IMG/VR virus record: IMGVR_UViG_3300033074_001537
Source of the DNA: an uncultured virus (IMG/VR IMGVR_UViG_3300033074_001537)
Lineage: Duplodnaviria > Heunggongvirae > Uroviricota > Caudoviricetes
Length of the DNA: 64,000 bases
Strand: one strand, 5' to 3'
Both the position numbers and the translations under genes were made by a program. Positions 1 to 9,362 of this stretch are shown piece by piece. Below the pieces are notes generated by a model. That model did not search any database, was not told the DNA's origin, and saw nothing but the letters and a program-made list of their open reading frames with translations. Position 1 is the stretch's first letter. Each line of letters starts with the position of its first letter.

Positions 1-404
1 CCGCCGCCACCACCACCGCCGCCGCTCTTGCCGAACTTCGGGATGCGCACCTTCGGGATGTTCACTTTCTTAGAGTAAACACCCACCGACCGCACCGGGC
101 TCCAGCCAGCCTTGATGCCGGTGCCGAACGAGTCCATCGCGTGCTTGCCGATGCCGACGCCCGTTCGCGCTGCGAGAATCGTGGACGCCCGCCCGCTTGA
201 CGAGGACAGGTGCTTCGCACGCTGCTCGTGATATGCCTGGCCGACGCGATCCCCCATCGCCGCGGCGTGCCGTGCGTGGGCCTCGTGCTCGCGGGCGAGC
301 TTTCCGAGCCGGTGGTAGTCGCGCGCGGCCGAAAAGGCGCCGCCAGCGGTGACCAGCTTGAGGGGGTTGAAGAAAGTCGGTCGGTAGCTGACGGAAACCG
401 GCAT
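1..404 (-). CDS. Hypothetical basic/Gly-rich protein, running off the window start (not in the ORF track)
   Basis: Manual translation from ATG 404 (GAGGTG upstream) gives MPVSVSYRPTFFNPLK...KVRIPKFGKSGGGGGGG, with no stop before position 1. Confidence 0.7.
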   Translation of the reverse strand, partial: MPVSVSYRPTFFNPLKLVTAGGAFSAARDYHRLGKLAREHEAHARHAAAMGDRVGQAYHEQRAKHLSSSSGRASTILAARTGVGIGKHAMDSFGTGIKAGWSPVRSVGVYSKKVNIPKVRIPKFGKSGGGGGGG

Positions 405-437
405 GGGCACCTCGCCGCAGCATCGTAGCACGCACCC

Positions 438-3400
438 CTAGCTGTACAAGCGCGCCCCTGCTCTGCCTGCCTTGTACATCTTGTACATACTCAGTATCCC
501 ACCGATACCACCACGCGTGACGTACACCTTTTTACCCTCGGGGCTGTAGTAGAAGACGCCGCCCTTGCTGCCCTTGTGCAGTACATGCGGCACCTCGTCG
601 TGTGCGTGTTTCAGCTCTTCGGCCATCTCGCGCATCTTCGCGCGGTGGTCGGGGTGCTGAAAACCACTCCTGCCCGTGAGGAACATCATACCAACGCCGC
701 CCATGCCGCCCGCGACGTACGCCTCACCGCGGTAGCCTTTATCACTACCGAACACCTTTTGCATGATGGTCTTTCGCTGACTCGGCTTGAGCGGCTTGTC
801 AATGCCGTGCTTCTTTTTGAACTCCAAGAACTTCGCGGCAATCGCAGAACGGATCGCCTTCACTCGTCGCGAGGGTGCCTTGAGTGCGTGCACAACCTTC
901 CCGACGCCCCGCTTGATACGAGTACCGATTGCCTTCTCGATCTTGCCCGCAATAGCCGACCTGACGTTGCCGGCAGCCTGCACGCGGAGTTTGTGGTCCG
1001 CCACCGCTTGTTTTGCTTTGGCTACGCCGGCCCGTGCTTGGTTCAAATCTTCAACTGCCTTAGCCCAGGCACGCTCTCTCGCAGAGCCGGGTACGCGCAT
1101 CTCACGGATATCGCGAGCTGACGACGCGGCGGCCAACGCGGCGCGCGCGCTCCGAACCTTGTCGTGCGCGTCGCGCAGGTCTTTGTTGACTTGGCGGGAC
1201 TTCTTGATGAGCTCTTTCTCTATTGCCTGTGCGTGCGCGAGGTTCTCTTGATCGGTGAGCTTGCGCTTGTACTCTTTACCAGTGACTAGCTTATAAGAAG
1301 CCTTGAGCGCCTTCTTGAATGGGGCGGCGCGTGCCGCCCACTTAGCGGCCTTCTTCGCCGCTACTTTTGCTTGGTGAGCTGCCTCCTGTTTCTTGTCCAA
1401 CTTTTCTAGGAAGGCGCGCGATTTCTTCGCCGCAATGATCTCCGAAGTGCGCCCCTTCGCAAAGGCGTGACCCCACCCATACGATTTGCGGCGCTCCTGG
1501 CGCATACGCTCGCGGATAGCAGCCTTGCGAATTTGAATACGCTTTCGCTTTGCCTTAGCCTGACCCTCTGGTGACGTGTGCTTGTCGTATCTGGCCGATG
1601 CCGCTGCCGCACTGCGCGACTCTGCGCGCGCGGCAGCTAGTCGCGCCTTCACCTGTTCGCCGAGTTTCAGTGCGCGCGCAGACGCCTTCTCCGCATCTGG
1701 ATCAACACGGTCCACCGACTCGCCGCGCGTCTGCGCTTCTGCAATACTAGCGAGCGCGGCAGACTGCGCGGAGGCGTCTGTGTCACCCGACTCATCGTGA
1801 CGCCTTTCGTCCGCACGCCACTCTCGTGCTTCCGCTACAAGGTTTGCGTGGCGCTCGTGTGATGCACGCGCCTTGTGCGCGCGCGCAGCAGCAGCCTTGA
1901 CTGCTGCTGCTGCTGAAAGACTCTTGGCAAGATCGTGGTCGCCGCGAGCACGCGCAACAGCGGCGCTCTTCCGAAGCTGGTTAGCTTCGGCAGCAGCCGA
2001 TCTGGCGCGGTCTGCGTGCGGGACACGCGGACCTGTGTTGTGAAGCTGCCGGTCAATACCGTGAAGATCACGCGTGCGCTCAACTAGCTTCTGAACGGCG
2101 CGGTCGCCGCCGCGTTGTGACCCCGCACGGCGCACAGCCCTTGGCTTCTCGGGCCCAACGTAGACACCATCGAGTGCGCCTTTCGCCATGCGCCGTAGGT
2201 CACGGGCGCGCGCCTTGTCACCGACGCGCGCTGCCTCACGCGCCCTGATGAACAGCTCGCGGGCGTGGCGCTGCCGTGGGGTGTCCTCTTCTACCTTGGG
2301 TTCTGCTGCCTTCGGCGGCGGCTTTGCCGGCGCGGTAGGCGTCACTGGGGCGTCTGTAGAAGGCGGCGTCGATTGTGCTGCGAACGGCCGCCGCACTTTG
2401 CCGAGCATCTCTTTCGCGACGCCGAACGGCTGGCGTGCCTGAGCCGTGACGCGTGACGACATGTCCCGCATCTTCTCGGCCATATCCCGAGCACCAGACA
2501 GCTTCTCTTTAGCAGCCGCCATTGCCTGGCGAGCCGCCAGCATGTTGCCGGAAGCCATCGCACTAGCAGCCGCTTTGCGTGCTTCGTGCGCCTCGTCCAA
2601 CAACCGCTTCGTGTGATCGTCGAGCTTTACAGGCGGCAGACCCGGCTCTCGGTGCGGCCTAACTCCAGACTCCGCACGCCCAGCAGCAGACACCGCGCGA
2701 GCGGCGCGCGCCTTGGCGAGCATCGCCGCAGCCTCGGCATCTCTCGGCTGCTCTTTCTTTTTGAACAGGTCGGCTGCTTGGTCTTTCAAACCGCCAGCCC
2801 GGCGGATCAACTCACGAGTTGACTCATCCGCCTTCGCCGCCTTGAGCGACCCGGCCTTTTTGATCCGCCCGAGTGCGATACGCGACGCCTCAGACTTCTC
2901 TGCCAGCTTTACACGAGCCTCTTTCGACAAGCCGCGCATCTTGTCGCGGGCGGCCTGCGTGGCCTGCGCGGCAGCGCGCGCCTTTTCCGCGGCGGCGGCT
3001 CGACCAGCTTCTAGCTTTTGGCGGTGATCTTCGGTGTCTGCCTTGACCTGAGCAGCCTTGCGTTCTGCGGACACACGCGCGCGCTCGGCGTACGCAGACG
3101 CCATCGTCCGCGCCGCGACAAGCCGCTCCTCAAGCTGCGCTTTGCGCCGGAGAAGCGCCTCTTTGTGCGCGGCGACATCCTTAGCAACGCGGTCTTCCTT
3201 CGACGAAGCGCGCGACTCACCGCGACCCGCGGCCGAAACAGCACGGGCAGCCCGCGACTTCGCGAGCATCGCCGCAGCCTCGGCGTCCTTCGGTGCCGCC
3301 TTGCCAACGAGTGAAGCGGCTTTTGCCCGTGCGGCATCCATAGACGCACGAACTTCGGAAACCCTCGCGGAGAGTTCGGCATGGCGCTCTCGCAGATCGT

Positions 3401-5087
3401 GCGCGTGCGAACCGGCGACGATCTTTGCAGCCGCGACCTTCTCTGCGGAAGCAGCCTTTGCCCTGCCTGCCACCTCACCAGCGCGAGAGCGCGCCGCAGT
3501 GATCTTCGCCGCGACCGCGGCCCGCCGCTCCTCCAACTCGTGACGATGCTTCGCCGTAGCTGCTTTTGCCGCCTGCTGCGCAGACTGACCACGAGCAACC
3601 ATCTGCTCGCGCGCCTTTGCAGCAACCTCGGCAGCACGAGTTCCCGCGGCGCGCGCCTTCTCGGCGGCAACCGCGCGATGCTCTTCCAGCTCGTGCCGGT
3701 GCTTGGCAGTATCGGCCCGTACTTGCGCAGCCTTTCTCTCGGCTGACGCACGCATCCTCTCAGCACCCGCGGCGACCCGCGCCCTGGTTTCGCTGAGCCT
3801 CTGTGCCGCGACCGCTTTGTGCTCCTCTAGCTCATGCCGATGCTTGGCAACGTCTGTCTTTACCTGCGCGGCCTTGCGTTCCGCAGACACACGAGCCCTC
3901 TCGGCGCCAGCAGCAACGCGGGCTCGGGCCTCTGTGAGTTTCTGAGCTGCGGCGGCCTTGTGCTCCTCCAGCTCGTGTCGGTGCTTTGCCGTGTCGGCCT
4001 TGACCTGCGCGGCCTTCTTCTCAGCAGAAGCCCGCACGCGGCCTGCTGCTGCGGCGGCTCGTTCGCGAGCCCCAGCCACCTTCGCGGTAGCTTCGGCTTT
4101 GCGCTCGGCAAACTCGTGCTCCCCCACCGCCTGTAGGCGGCGCACTTCCGCGAGTTTCTCACCAACTGTTTTCTTTGCCGCGCCCGCCGCACTCTGTGCT
4201 CGGGCAGTGACACGCGCGCGGGCGGCAGCGGCACCGGCTACCAGCTCGGCGTGCTTTTCTCGAAGCTCGTGCTTGTGCGCCCCAGCAGCGAACTCCGCGC
4301 CGGCCCGCGCTCTAGCCGCAGCCGCGGTGACACGCGCGCGTGCCTCGGTAGCCTTTTTTGAAAGACCCTCGGTGCGCGCGCGGACCTTCGCGCGCGCCTC
4401 TGCCGTGCGCGCGGACAACTCAGCCTGCCGCTCTCTCAGGTCATGCTTATACGAGCCAACTACGAAATTCGCGCCGGCCTTCGCACGCGCAGTGCGCTGC
4501 CGAACCGCCTCTGCCGCGCCCGACGCAGTTGCAGCTACCCGTGCGCGGTGCTCGGCAATTTCGTGCTTCGCAGTGGCCCTAGCGGTCTTTGCTTTGCTAG
4601 CCACGGCGGCGCGTGCGCTACTGCCCGCCTCTGCGGCAGTTTTCACACCACCACGAACAGCGTCTTCTGCGCGACCACGGATCGTCGGCTTAGTAACACC
4701 CGACGTTGCTCTGCCCGCCGCTGCGGCAGCGCGGTTAGCACGCGACTTCGCGATCAGCGATGCCGCCTCCGCGTCACGCGACGCAGTGGTAGACCGCGCC
4801 GTGACGCGCGCCGCAGCCTTGCGCGCGGCATCGGATGCCTCTGAAGCCCGCGCGGTGGCCTTTTCACGGGCAGCCCGTGCTGAGGTAGCGGCAGACGACG
4901 CAGCCGCGCCTGCCCGCTGAGCCGTACCAGCAGCGTGTGTGCGCGCGGCAGCGAGATGCGACGCCGCTTTGGCTCGCAGTGCTGCGATGGTGCCCTGGTC
5001 ACCCCCCGAGGTCCGCAGCCGCTTGGCCTCGGCCGCCGCAGCACGAGCTTCTTTGAGGAGCTTCTCTAGGTCTTTGTCGCGGGCCAT
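438..5087 (-). CDS. 1549-aa Ala/Arg/Lys-rich repeat protein, putative internal head or DNA-condensing protein
   Basis: Long ORF; ~47-aa repeats containing AKHRHELEE; three DAEAA(A/S)xxAKxRA repeats; C-terminal KGSKGGVFYYSPEGKKVYV motif; lies in the head module. Confidence 0.8.
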   Translation of the reverse strand: MARDKDLEKLLKEARAAAAEAKRLRTSGGDQGTIAALRAKAASHLAAARTHAAGTAQRAGAAASSAATSARAAREKATARASEASDAARKAAARVTARSTTASRDAEAASLIAKSRANRAAAAAGRATSGVTKPTIRGRAEDAVRGGVKTAAEAGSSARAAVASKAKTARATAKHEIAEHRARVAATASGAAEAVRQRTARAKAGANFVVGSYKHDLRERQAELSARTAEARAKVRARTEGLSKKATEARARVTAAAARARAGAEFAAGAHKHELREKHAELVAGAAAARARVTARAQSAAGAAKKTVGEKLAEVRRLQAVGEHEFAERKAEATAKVAGARERAAAAAGRVRASAEKKAAQVKADTAKHRHELEEHKAAAAQKLTEARARVAAGAERARVSAERKAAQVKTDVAKHRHELEEHKAVAAQRLSETRARVAAGAERMRASAERKAAQVRADTAKHRHELEEHRAVAAEKARAAGTRAAEVAAKAREQMVARGQSAQQAAKAATAKHRHELEERRAAVAAKITAARSRAGEVAGRAKAASAEKVAAAKIVAGSHAHDLRERHAELSARVSEVRASMDAARAKAASLVGKAAPKDAEAAAMLAKSRAARAVSAAGRGESRASSKEDRVAKDVAAHKEALLRRKAQLEERLVAARTMASAYAERARVSAERKAAQVKADTEDHRQKLEAGRAAAAEKARAAAQATQAARDKMRGLSKEARVKLAEKSEASRIALGRIKKAGSLKAAKADESTRELIRRAGGLKDQAADLFKKKEQPRDAEAAAMLAKARAARAVSAAGRAESGVRPHREPGLPPVKLDDHTKRLLDEAHEARKAAASAMASGNMLAARQAMAAAKEKLSGARDMAEKMRDMSSRVTAQARQPFGVAKEMLGKVRRPFAAQSTPPSTDAPVTPTAPAKPPPKAAEPKVEEDTPRQRHARELFIRAREAARVGDKARARDLRRMAKGALDGVYVGPEKPRAVRRAGSQRGGDRAVQKLVERTRDLHGIDRQLHNTGPRVPHADRARSAAAEANQLRKSAAVARARGDHDLAKSLSAAAAVKAAAARAHKARASHERHANLVAEAREWRADERRHDESGDTDASAQSAALASIAEAQTRGESVDRVDPDAEKASARALKLGEQVKARLAAARAESRSAAAASARYDKHTSPEGQAKAKRKRIQIRKAAIRERMRQERRKSYGWGHAFAKGRTSEIIAAKKSRAFLEKLDKKQEAAHQAKVAAKKAAKWAARAAPFKKALKASYKLVTGKEYKRKLTDQENLAHAQAIEKELIKKSRQVNKDLRDAHDKVRSARAALAAASSARDIREMRVPGSARERAWAKAVEDLNQARAGVAKAKQAVADHKLRVQAAGNVRSAIAGKIEKAIGTRIKRGVGKVVHALKAPSRRVKAIRSAIAAKFLEFKKKHGIDKPLKPSQRKTIMQKVFGSDKGYRGEAYVAGGMGGVGMMFLTGRSGFQHPDHRAKMREMAEELKHAHDEVPHVLHKGSKGGVFYYSPEGKKVYVTRGGIGGILSMYKMYKAGRAGARLYS

Positions 5088-5096
5088 GCCGCCAGA

Positions 5097-5978
5097 CTAG
5101 CGGCGACCCTTCGCCGAAGCGAGCAGGCGCGCTTCGAGATCGCTCTTGGGACGCACCTTCGGCGCGTAGGCGCCCATCTCTTCGCTCTCCGGGTAGCTGA
5201 GCCAGAGCACTTCGGTGCGCGTCCCACGGTTCTTCCCCGCGAGCAACGCCGTGTCGAACCGCACGACGCGCCACCCTGCGTACAGCTCGTTGTACAGGTC
5301 GCTGTCGTACCCCGACACGGCAACCCGGCCGCCGTACCCAACGATGGTGTGCAGGCGCGCCGCGAGGTGCCGATGGTGCGCGTCGTCCATCTCGTGCGCG
5401 TACGCGACGCCCTTGCGGGTTCCGAGCACATACGGCGGGTCTGCGTAGACGAACACCTTGTTGGATCGGCACTGCGCTTCGGTGCCGTACCCCGTGAGGA
5501 AGTCCAGCGCGTCGGCGTTGTCGATCTCCGTCACGCGCACGAGGGCGCGCGCGTACTCGCGGAGCTGGTCGATCTTGCCGTAGCCCTTCAAGGTGTCACG
5601 GCCGTAGCCGTTCGTGGGAAGGTCGATTCCCGCAAACCCCATGCGCGAGCGACACCAGAAACGACGTGCTTTCTCCACCGGGTCGTCGGCGGGCTCGCGG
5701 GCGGCAACGAGCTCGTCGCGTGCGTGCGGAGACAGCTCGACGACTTCGTGCAGCGCGTCGGGCTGGTTCCGCAGCACACGAAAGAAGTTCACCACGTCGC
5801 TGTCTCGGTCGTTGACCGCGTAGAACTGGTACGCCGACAACGGCAGCGCGAAGAACACCGACCCCGCGCCGAAGAACGGTTCGATGTACCAGTCGGCGCG
5901 CGCGAAGTGGGGGATCAAGTGCTGCGCCGTGGCGCCCTTCCCCCCGTAGCGTTTCACGATGCTGCCGCGCTTGGTCAC
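5097..5978 (-). CDS. DNA adenine methyltransferase (Dam/D12 class)
   Basis: SAM-binding motif YIEPFFGAGSVFF, NDRD, catalytic DPPY. Confidence 0.92.
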   Translation of the reverse strand: MTKRGSIVKRYGGKGATAQHLIPHFARADWYIEPFFGAGSVFFALPLSAYQFYAVNDRDSDVVNFFRVLRNQPDALHEVVELSPHARDELVAAREPADDPVEKARRFWCRSRMGFAGIDLPTNGYGRDTLKGYGKIDQLREYARALVRVTEIDNADALDFLTGYGTEAQCRSNKVFVYADPPYVLGTRKGVAYAHEMDDAHHRHLAARLHTIVGYGGRVAVSGYDSDLYNELYAGWRVVRFDTALLAGKNRGTRTEVLWLSYPESEEMGAYAPKVRPKSDLEARLLASAKGRR

Positions 5979-6403
5979 GTCGGCATCGTCCCCCAGCCCA
6001 CCTTGGGCTTGTCCTCACCGGGGCCGCGATTGATCTCGACGACGGCCCACGAGGGGCCCTTCGCTGCGGCGCGCTCCGCATCCGGCGTGTGCGTCTTGCA
6101 GGCGTACACCGTCGAGATGCGAATGTGGTTCACCGCGGGCTGCGTGGGTCCGTTGATCTTCAACGGAATCATCATCGCGAGAAACTTCGCCGGATCGGTC
6201 TGCGCAAGCACGTCGATGCCGGGGTCGCGCTTACGGAGCTCCTCGTAGGGCACCATCACGATGATCCGCGTGAGCGGGTGCGCGGGGCACCCCCCGACTT
6301 GGCACTTCGTGCCGGGGGGGAACGCGTACTTGGAGTGATACTGCTCGGGCGTCGCGCGCCCGCCCATGAACCGACGACGGTGCTGGATGTTCTGCTTGCT
6401 CAT
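5975..6403 (-). CDS. Hypothetical protein with Cys/His motifs
   Basis: Start MSKQ at 6403 with GAGGAG RBS; CQVGGC and CKTH; coupled to both neighbours. Confidence 0.7.
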   Translation of the reverse strand: MSKQNIQHRRRFMGGRATPEQYHSKYAFPPGTKCQVGGCPAHPLTRIIVMVPYEELRKRDPGIDVLAQTDPAKFLAMMIPLKINGPTQPAVNHIRISTVYACKTHTPDAERAAAKGPSWAVVEINRGPGEDKPKVGWGTMPT

Positions 6404-6849
6404 CGCGCTCTCCTCGTTCTGTACCCGAAGCACTGCATGATCGCCGGCCACCCACCCTGGTTGAACGCGCGTGCCTTCGCGTCGATGTGCAGGTCTACGA
6501 CGGGCTTACCCTGCAAGCCATCGTCGATGGCATGAAACACACCCGGTAGGTAGGCCAGCACGAAGGCCAACATCTCTTGGTAGCGGTTCTCGAAGAACCC
6601 TTGCTGCTCTTTCCAGAGCACAGGGTCCACCTTCACAACCCCCGCAGTGACCAAGGGGTCCAGCCGGGGGTCTACCCGAAGGGCTCGGTTCGCACGGTCG
6701 GAGCACAAAAGCAGGATGTGCCCGGCACGACGCAACGACCGTAGGGTCAGCGAAGCGCCGGGCACGAGCTCCAGCGGCGTCTCCAGGTCATCGAACGCGC
6801 GCGTGTCGTCGCGCACGATGACGCCGTCGAACTCGAACGAGATCAGCAT
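6400..6849 (-). CDS. HAD-fold protein with degenerate catalytic motifs
   Basis: ISFEFDGVI resembles HAD motif I (DxDG); GKPVVDLHIDAKA resembles GKPxxDxxIDD. Confidence 0.65.
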   Translation of the reverse strand: MLISFEFDGVIVRDDTRAFDDLETPLELVPGASLTLRSLRRAGHILLLCSDRANRALRVDPRLDPLVTAGVVKVDPVLWKEQQGFFENRYQEMLAFVLAYLPGVFHAIDDGLQGKPVVDLHIDAKARAFNQGGWPAIMQCFGYRTRRAR

Positions 6850-6850
6850 G

Positions 6851-7147
6851 TCACTCGTCGGGGGCGAGGTGGCTGTCGAACTCGCCGACGACAAGCCCGT
6901 GCGTGGCGCGAACCATCTCAGCGATGATGGTGTCTTCGTGCTTCCCGCGCCACGCCCCTGTGACGAGCGCCCCGTCGGGGCCTACGGCGATCGTGAAGAA
7001 GTCCGTGATCTCCCCTCGCGCGACCATCTTGGTGAAGGCCGCCGCAGCGCGGAGCGTGCCGCGACTGACTGGCTTCTGCTTCGGAGGCTCCTTCGACCCG
7101 TCCTTGGCGTCGAGCAAAACGAGGCGCGGCTTGTTGAAGTCACCCAT
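6851..7147 (-). CDS. Hypothetical protein
   Basis: Tightly packed ORF in the minus-strand operon. Confidence 0.7.
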   Translation of the reverse strand: MGDFNKPRLVLLDAKDGSKEPPKQKPVSRGTLRAAAAFTKMVARGEITDFFTIAVGPDGALVTGAWRGKHEDTIIAEMVRATHGLVVGEFDSHLAPDE

Positions 7148-7539
7148 CAGCGGACCCTCCGATTGGCCTTAGCGGCGCGTGCGATCTTGTCTCGCATGAG
7201 TCGGTGAGGGTCCAGTACGCGGTACCGCTTGCCGCCTTTCGGCGTCGCCGCTGCTGCGATCAGCCCATCGCGTACCCACTGCACGACCATCTCGAACGAC
7301 GCGTTGTACCAGCGCATCACCACGTCTGCGGTGACCCACTCCCCCTGCGTCATGTTGTCGAGAATGGGGTAGGTGATGCCGTACTTCGTGTCTTGAAGCA
7401 CGGTCGGCTTTTCCGTGCCCGCCTTGGGTGGGAGAGGCACGAACTTCGGGTCGTCGAGGTACTCCGCGCGACCGATCCAGCTCGGGTACCGCGCCGTGCC
7501 GAGCACAGGGCGGCTGTTGTGAATGAAGAACGAGCTCAC
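7147..7539 (-). CDS. Putative HTH (excisionase/MerR-like) DNA-binding protein
   Basis: VTADVVMRWYNASFEMVVQWVRDGLIAAAATPKGGKRYRV has the HTH-plus-wing pattern. Confidence 0.55.
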   Translation of the reverse strand: MSSFFIHNSRPVLGTARYPSWIGRAEYLDDPKFVPLPPKAGTEKPTVLQDTKYGITYPILDNMTQGEWVTADVVMRWYNASFEMVVQWVRDGLIAAAATPKGGKRYRVLDPHRLMRDKIARAAKANRRVR

Positions 7540-9344
7540 TCGGCGGGCTCCTCGGGCAACGGCTCCTCGCCTTCGGCCGGCATACCCTCTGCGCCCTCCT
7601 CCCCTTCGAGTGCGGCGAGCTCCGCGTCGAGTGCGGCGAGCTCCGCGTCGAGTGCGGCGTCGTCCTCGGGGGCACCCTCCTCACCCTCGGCGGGCTCGGC
7701 GGCGGACTCTTCCTCCATCTCTTTCTGCATCTGCATCTGACGCTTGGCCATCTCTTCCATCTTGGCCATCTCTTCGTCAGCGTCTTGCTTGATCTGATGG
7801 ATGGTGTCGGCGGGATCGTCGAGCCCGAAGTACGGGCCGATGAACTTCGTGGCCGTGAGCGCGTCCACGAGCCCCTTTTCCTTCGCCGTGCCGGCCGCCT
7901 GCACAGCCGTGTTGGCGTCCGAGAGCGTCGGCTGGAAGTACGGGCCCCACGCCAGCGTGATGTGGTCGCTCGACCCGAACTTCCGCGGCTCGAAGCTGCG
8001 CTCCCCCGTGTCGGGGTTGGTCACCGGGCGCATCGGCAGGTCGAGCACCTGACGCACGACGCCGACCCCTTCGACCGGGCGCGGCGTCAGGGCCGCCTTG
8101 CACACCTTGATGACGATGCGGAGCAACCGCTTGATGCCCCGCTCGCCGTACTGCTCGCGCAGCACGTCGGCCTTCTCCAACATCGAGCTGTAGTCGCGGT
8201 CGATCTCCGTGGCAGTCTTCGCGACCTGCGAGCTCGACTGGTCGATCACGACGCGCGCCATGCGGCACACGAGCTTCTCGAAGCGCTCGGCGAGCTCCAG
8301 CGCAGCGCGAGGGCCCTGGCCGTTCATCTCCATGTAGCTCGCGTTGCCCTTGCTGAGCTTGAGCGCGTTGCTGGAGCCCTTCTTCAAGCCCTCCGGCATC
8401 TCGTCTTCCGACACGATGAGCAGCGTCGGGTCGCAGTTGGAGATCACCCCGCGGTTGGCCTGCGAGATGAGTGCGTCCATCTGCTCCATCATGTCGAACG
8501 CACCGTGCGCGTCGGGGTCGCCGTCGATGTCGTCTTGCACCTCTTGGTTCTGAATCCACACGGCGGGGCACTCCCCGATGCCGTGCTCGACGCGGTTGGA
8601 GTCAAACTCGTTCCAGTTCGGCTCGCCCTTGTCGGCCGGCACGCCCTCCCAAACCTCGTCCGACTGCGTGTCGATCACACGGCGGTAGAAGAACGGCCGC
8701 TGCTCGACGATGCGGTTCTTCTTCTCGTCGAAGGTGACGACGGGCTCGTAGTAGACGTAGCGAACTTCGAGCTTGCGCAGCGTGTTCTCCGCGCGCGACA
8801 GGTACATGGGGATGCACCACCGCGGATCGAACACCTCGAAGACGGGGCGCCCCTTGTCGAGCTTGAACCCGATGGCCACCGAGCCCATCGCGCCGCCGTA
8901 GTTGCGGGCCATCACCATCTTCGACCACAGCCGGCCCTCGTCGCAGATCGCGCCGAGCATGTCCTCCGTATCGGGGTCACCCGGCACGCGCACGATGGGG
9001 TGGCGCCGCTGCGAAAAGAGCAGGCCGGTGAAGCGCTCGACGATGACGCGACCGAGGTGGTACGGCGCGTCGGGCCGGCGGTACTTCAACGAGAGCGTCT
9101 GGTCGGGGTTGCCCTCGAAGCCCGGCGGGATGTACCCGGTGTGCGCGACGGAGGCGCGCTGTTCGGTGGGCAGCACGGGGGTGCCGTCCCACGCAACGCG
9201 CCGATGGTCGTACTGCTGCGCGCGGAAAAAGCCCCACAGCCTGTTCAAGTGCATCTGACGCGCGGTCATGCGGTCGCCAGACGACATCTGATCGAAGGCT
9301 GCAATCGCGGTGTCCCGGCCGGTGCCGTCGTTGGTCACGCTCAT
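7536..9344 (-). CDS. Portal protein
   Basis: 602 aa directly downstream of TerL; portal-like pattern (RNYGGAMGSVAI, HGIGECPAVWIQN, KTATEI); acidic tail. Confidence 0.85.
   Translation of the reverse strand: MSVTNDGTGRDTAIAAFDQMSSGDRMTARQMHLNRLWGFFRAQQYDHRRVAWDGTPVLPTEQRASVAHTGYIPPGFEGNPDQTLSLKYRRPDAPYHLGRVIVERFTGLLFSQRRHPIVRVPGDPDTEDMLGAICDEGRLWSKMVMARNYGGAMGSVAIGFKLDKGRPVFEVFDPRWCIPMYLSRAENTLRKLEVRYVYYEPVVTFDEKKNRIVEQRPFFYRRVIDTQSDEVWEGVPADKGEPNWNEFDSNRVEHGIGECPAVWIQNQEVQDDIDGDPDAHGAFDMMEQMDALISQANRGVISNCDPTLLIVSEDEMPEGLKKGSSNALKLSKGNASYMEMNGQGPRAALELAERFEKLVCRMARVVIDQSSSQVAKTATEIDRDYSSMLEKADVLREQYGERGIKRLLRIVIKVCKAALTPRPVEGVGVVRQVLDLPMRPVTNPDTGERSFEPRKFGSSDHITLAWGPYFQPTLSDANTAVQAAGTAKEKGLVDALTATKFIGPYFGLDDPADTIHQIKQDADEEMAKMEEMAKRQMQMQKEMEEESAAEPAEGEEGAPEDDAALDAELAALDAELAALEGEEGAEGMPAEGEEPLPEEPAE
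7606..7657. repeat. 21-bp tandem repeat encoding ALDAELA in the portal C-terminus
   Basis: tcgagtgcggcgagctccgcg repeated about 2.5 times. Confidence 0.8.
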
Positions 9345-9362
9345 GGCTCGTACCTTACCCCG

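Noticed and set aside
438..5087. Tape measure protein call for the 1549-aa ORF
   Set aside because: It lies in the head module, is extremely basic, and lacks the aromatic periodicity and hydrophobic segments of tape measures.
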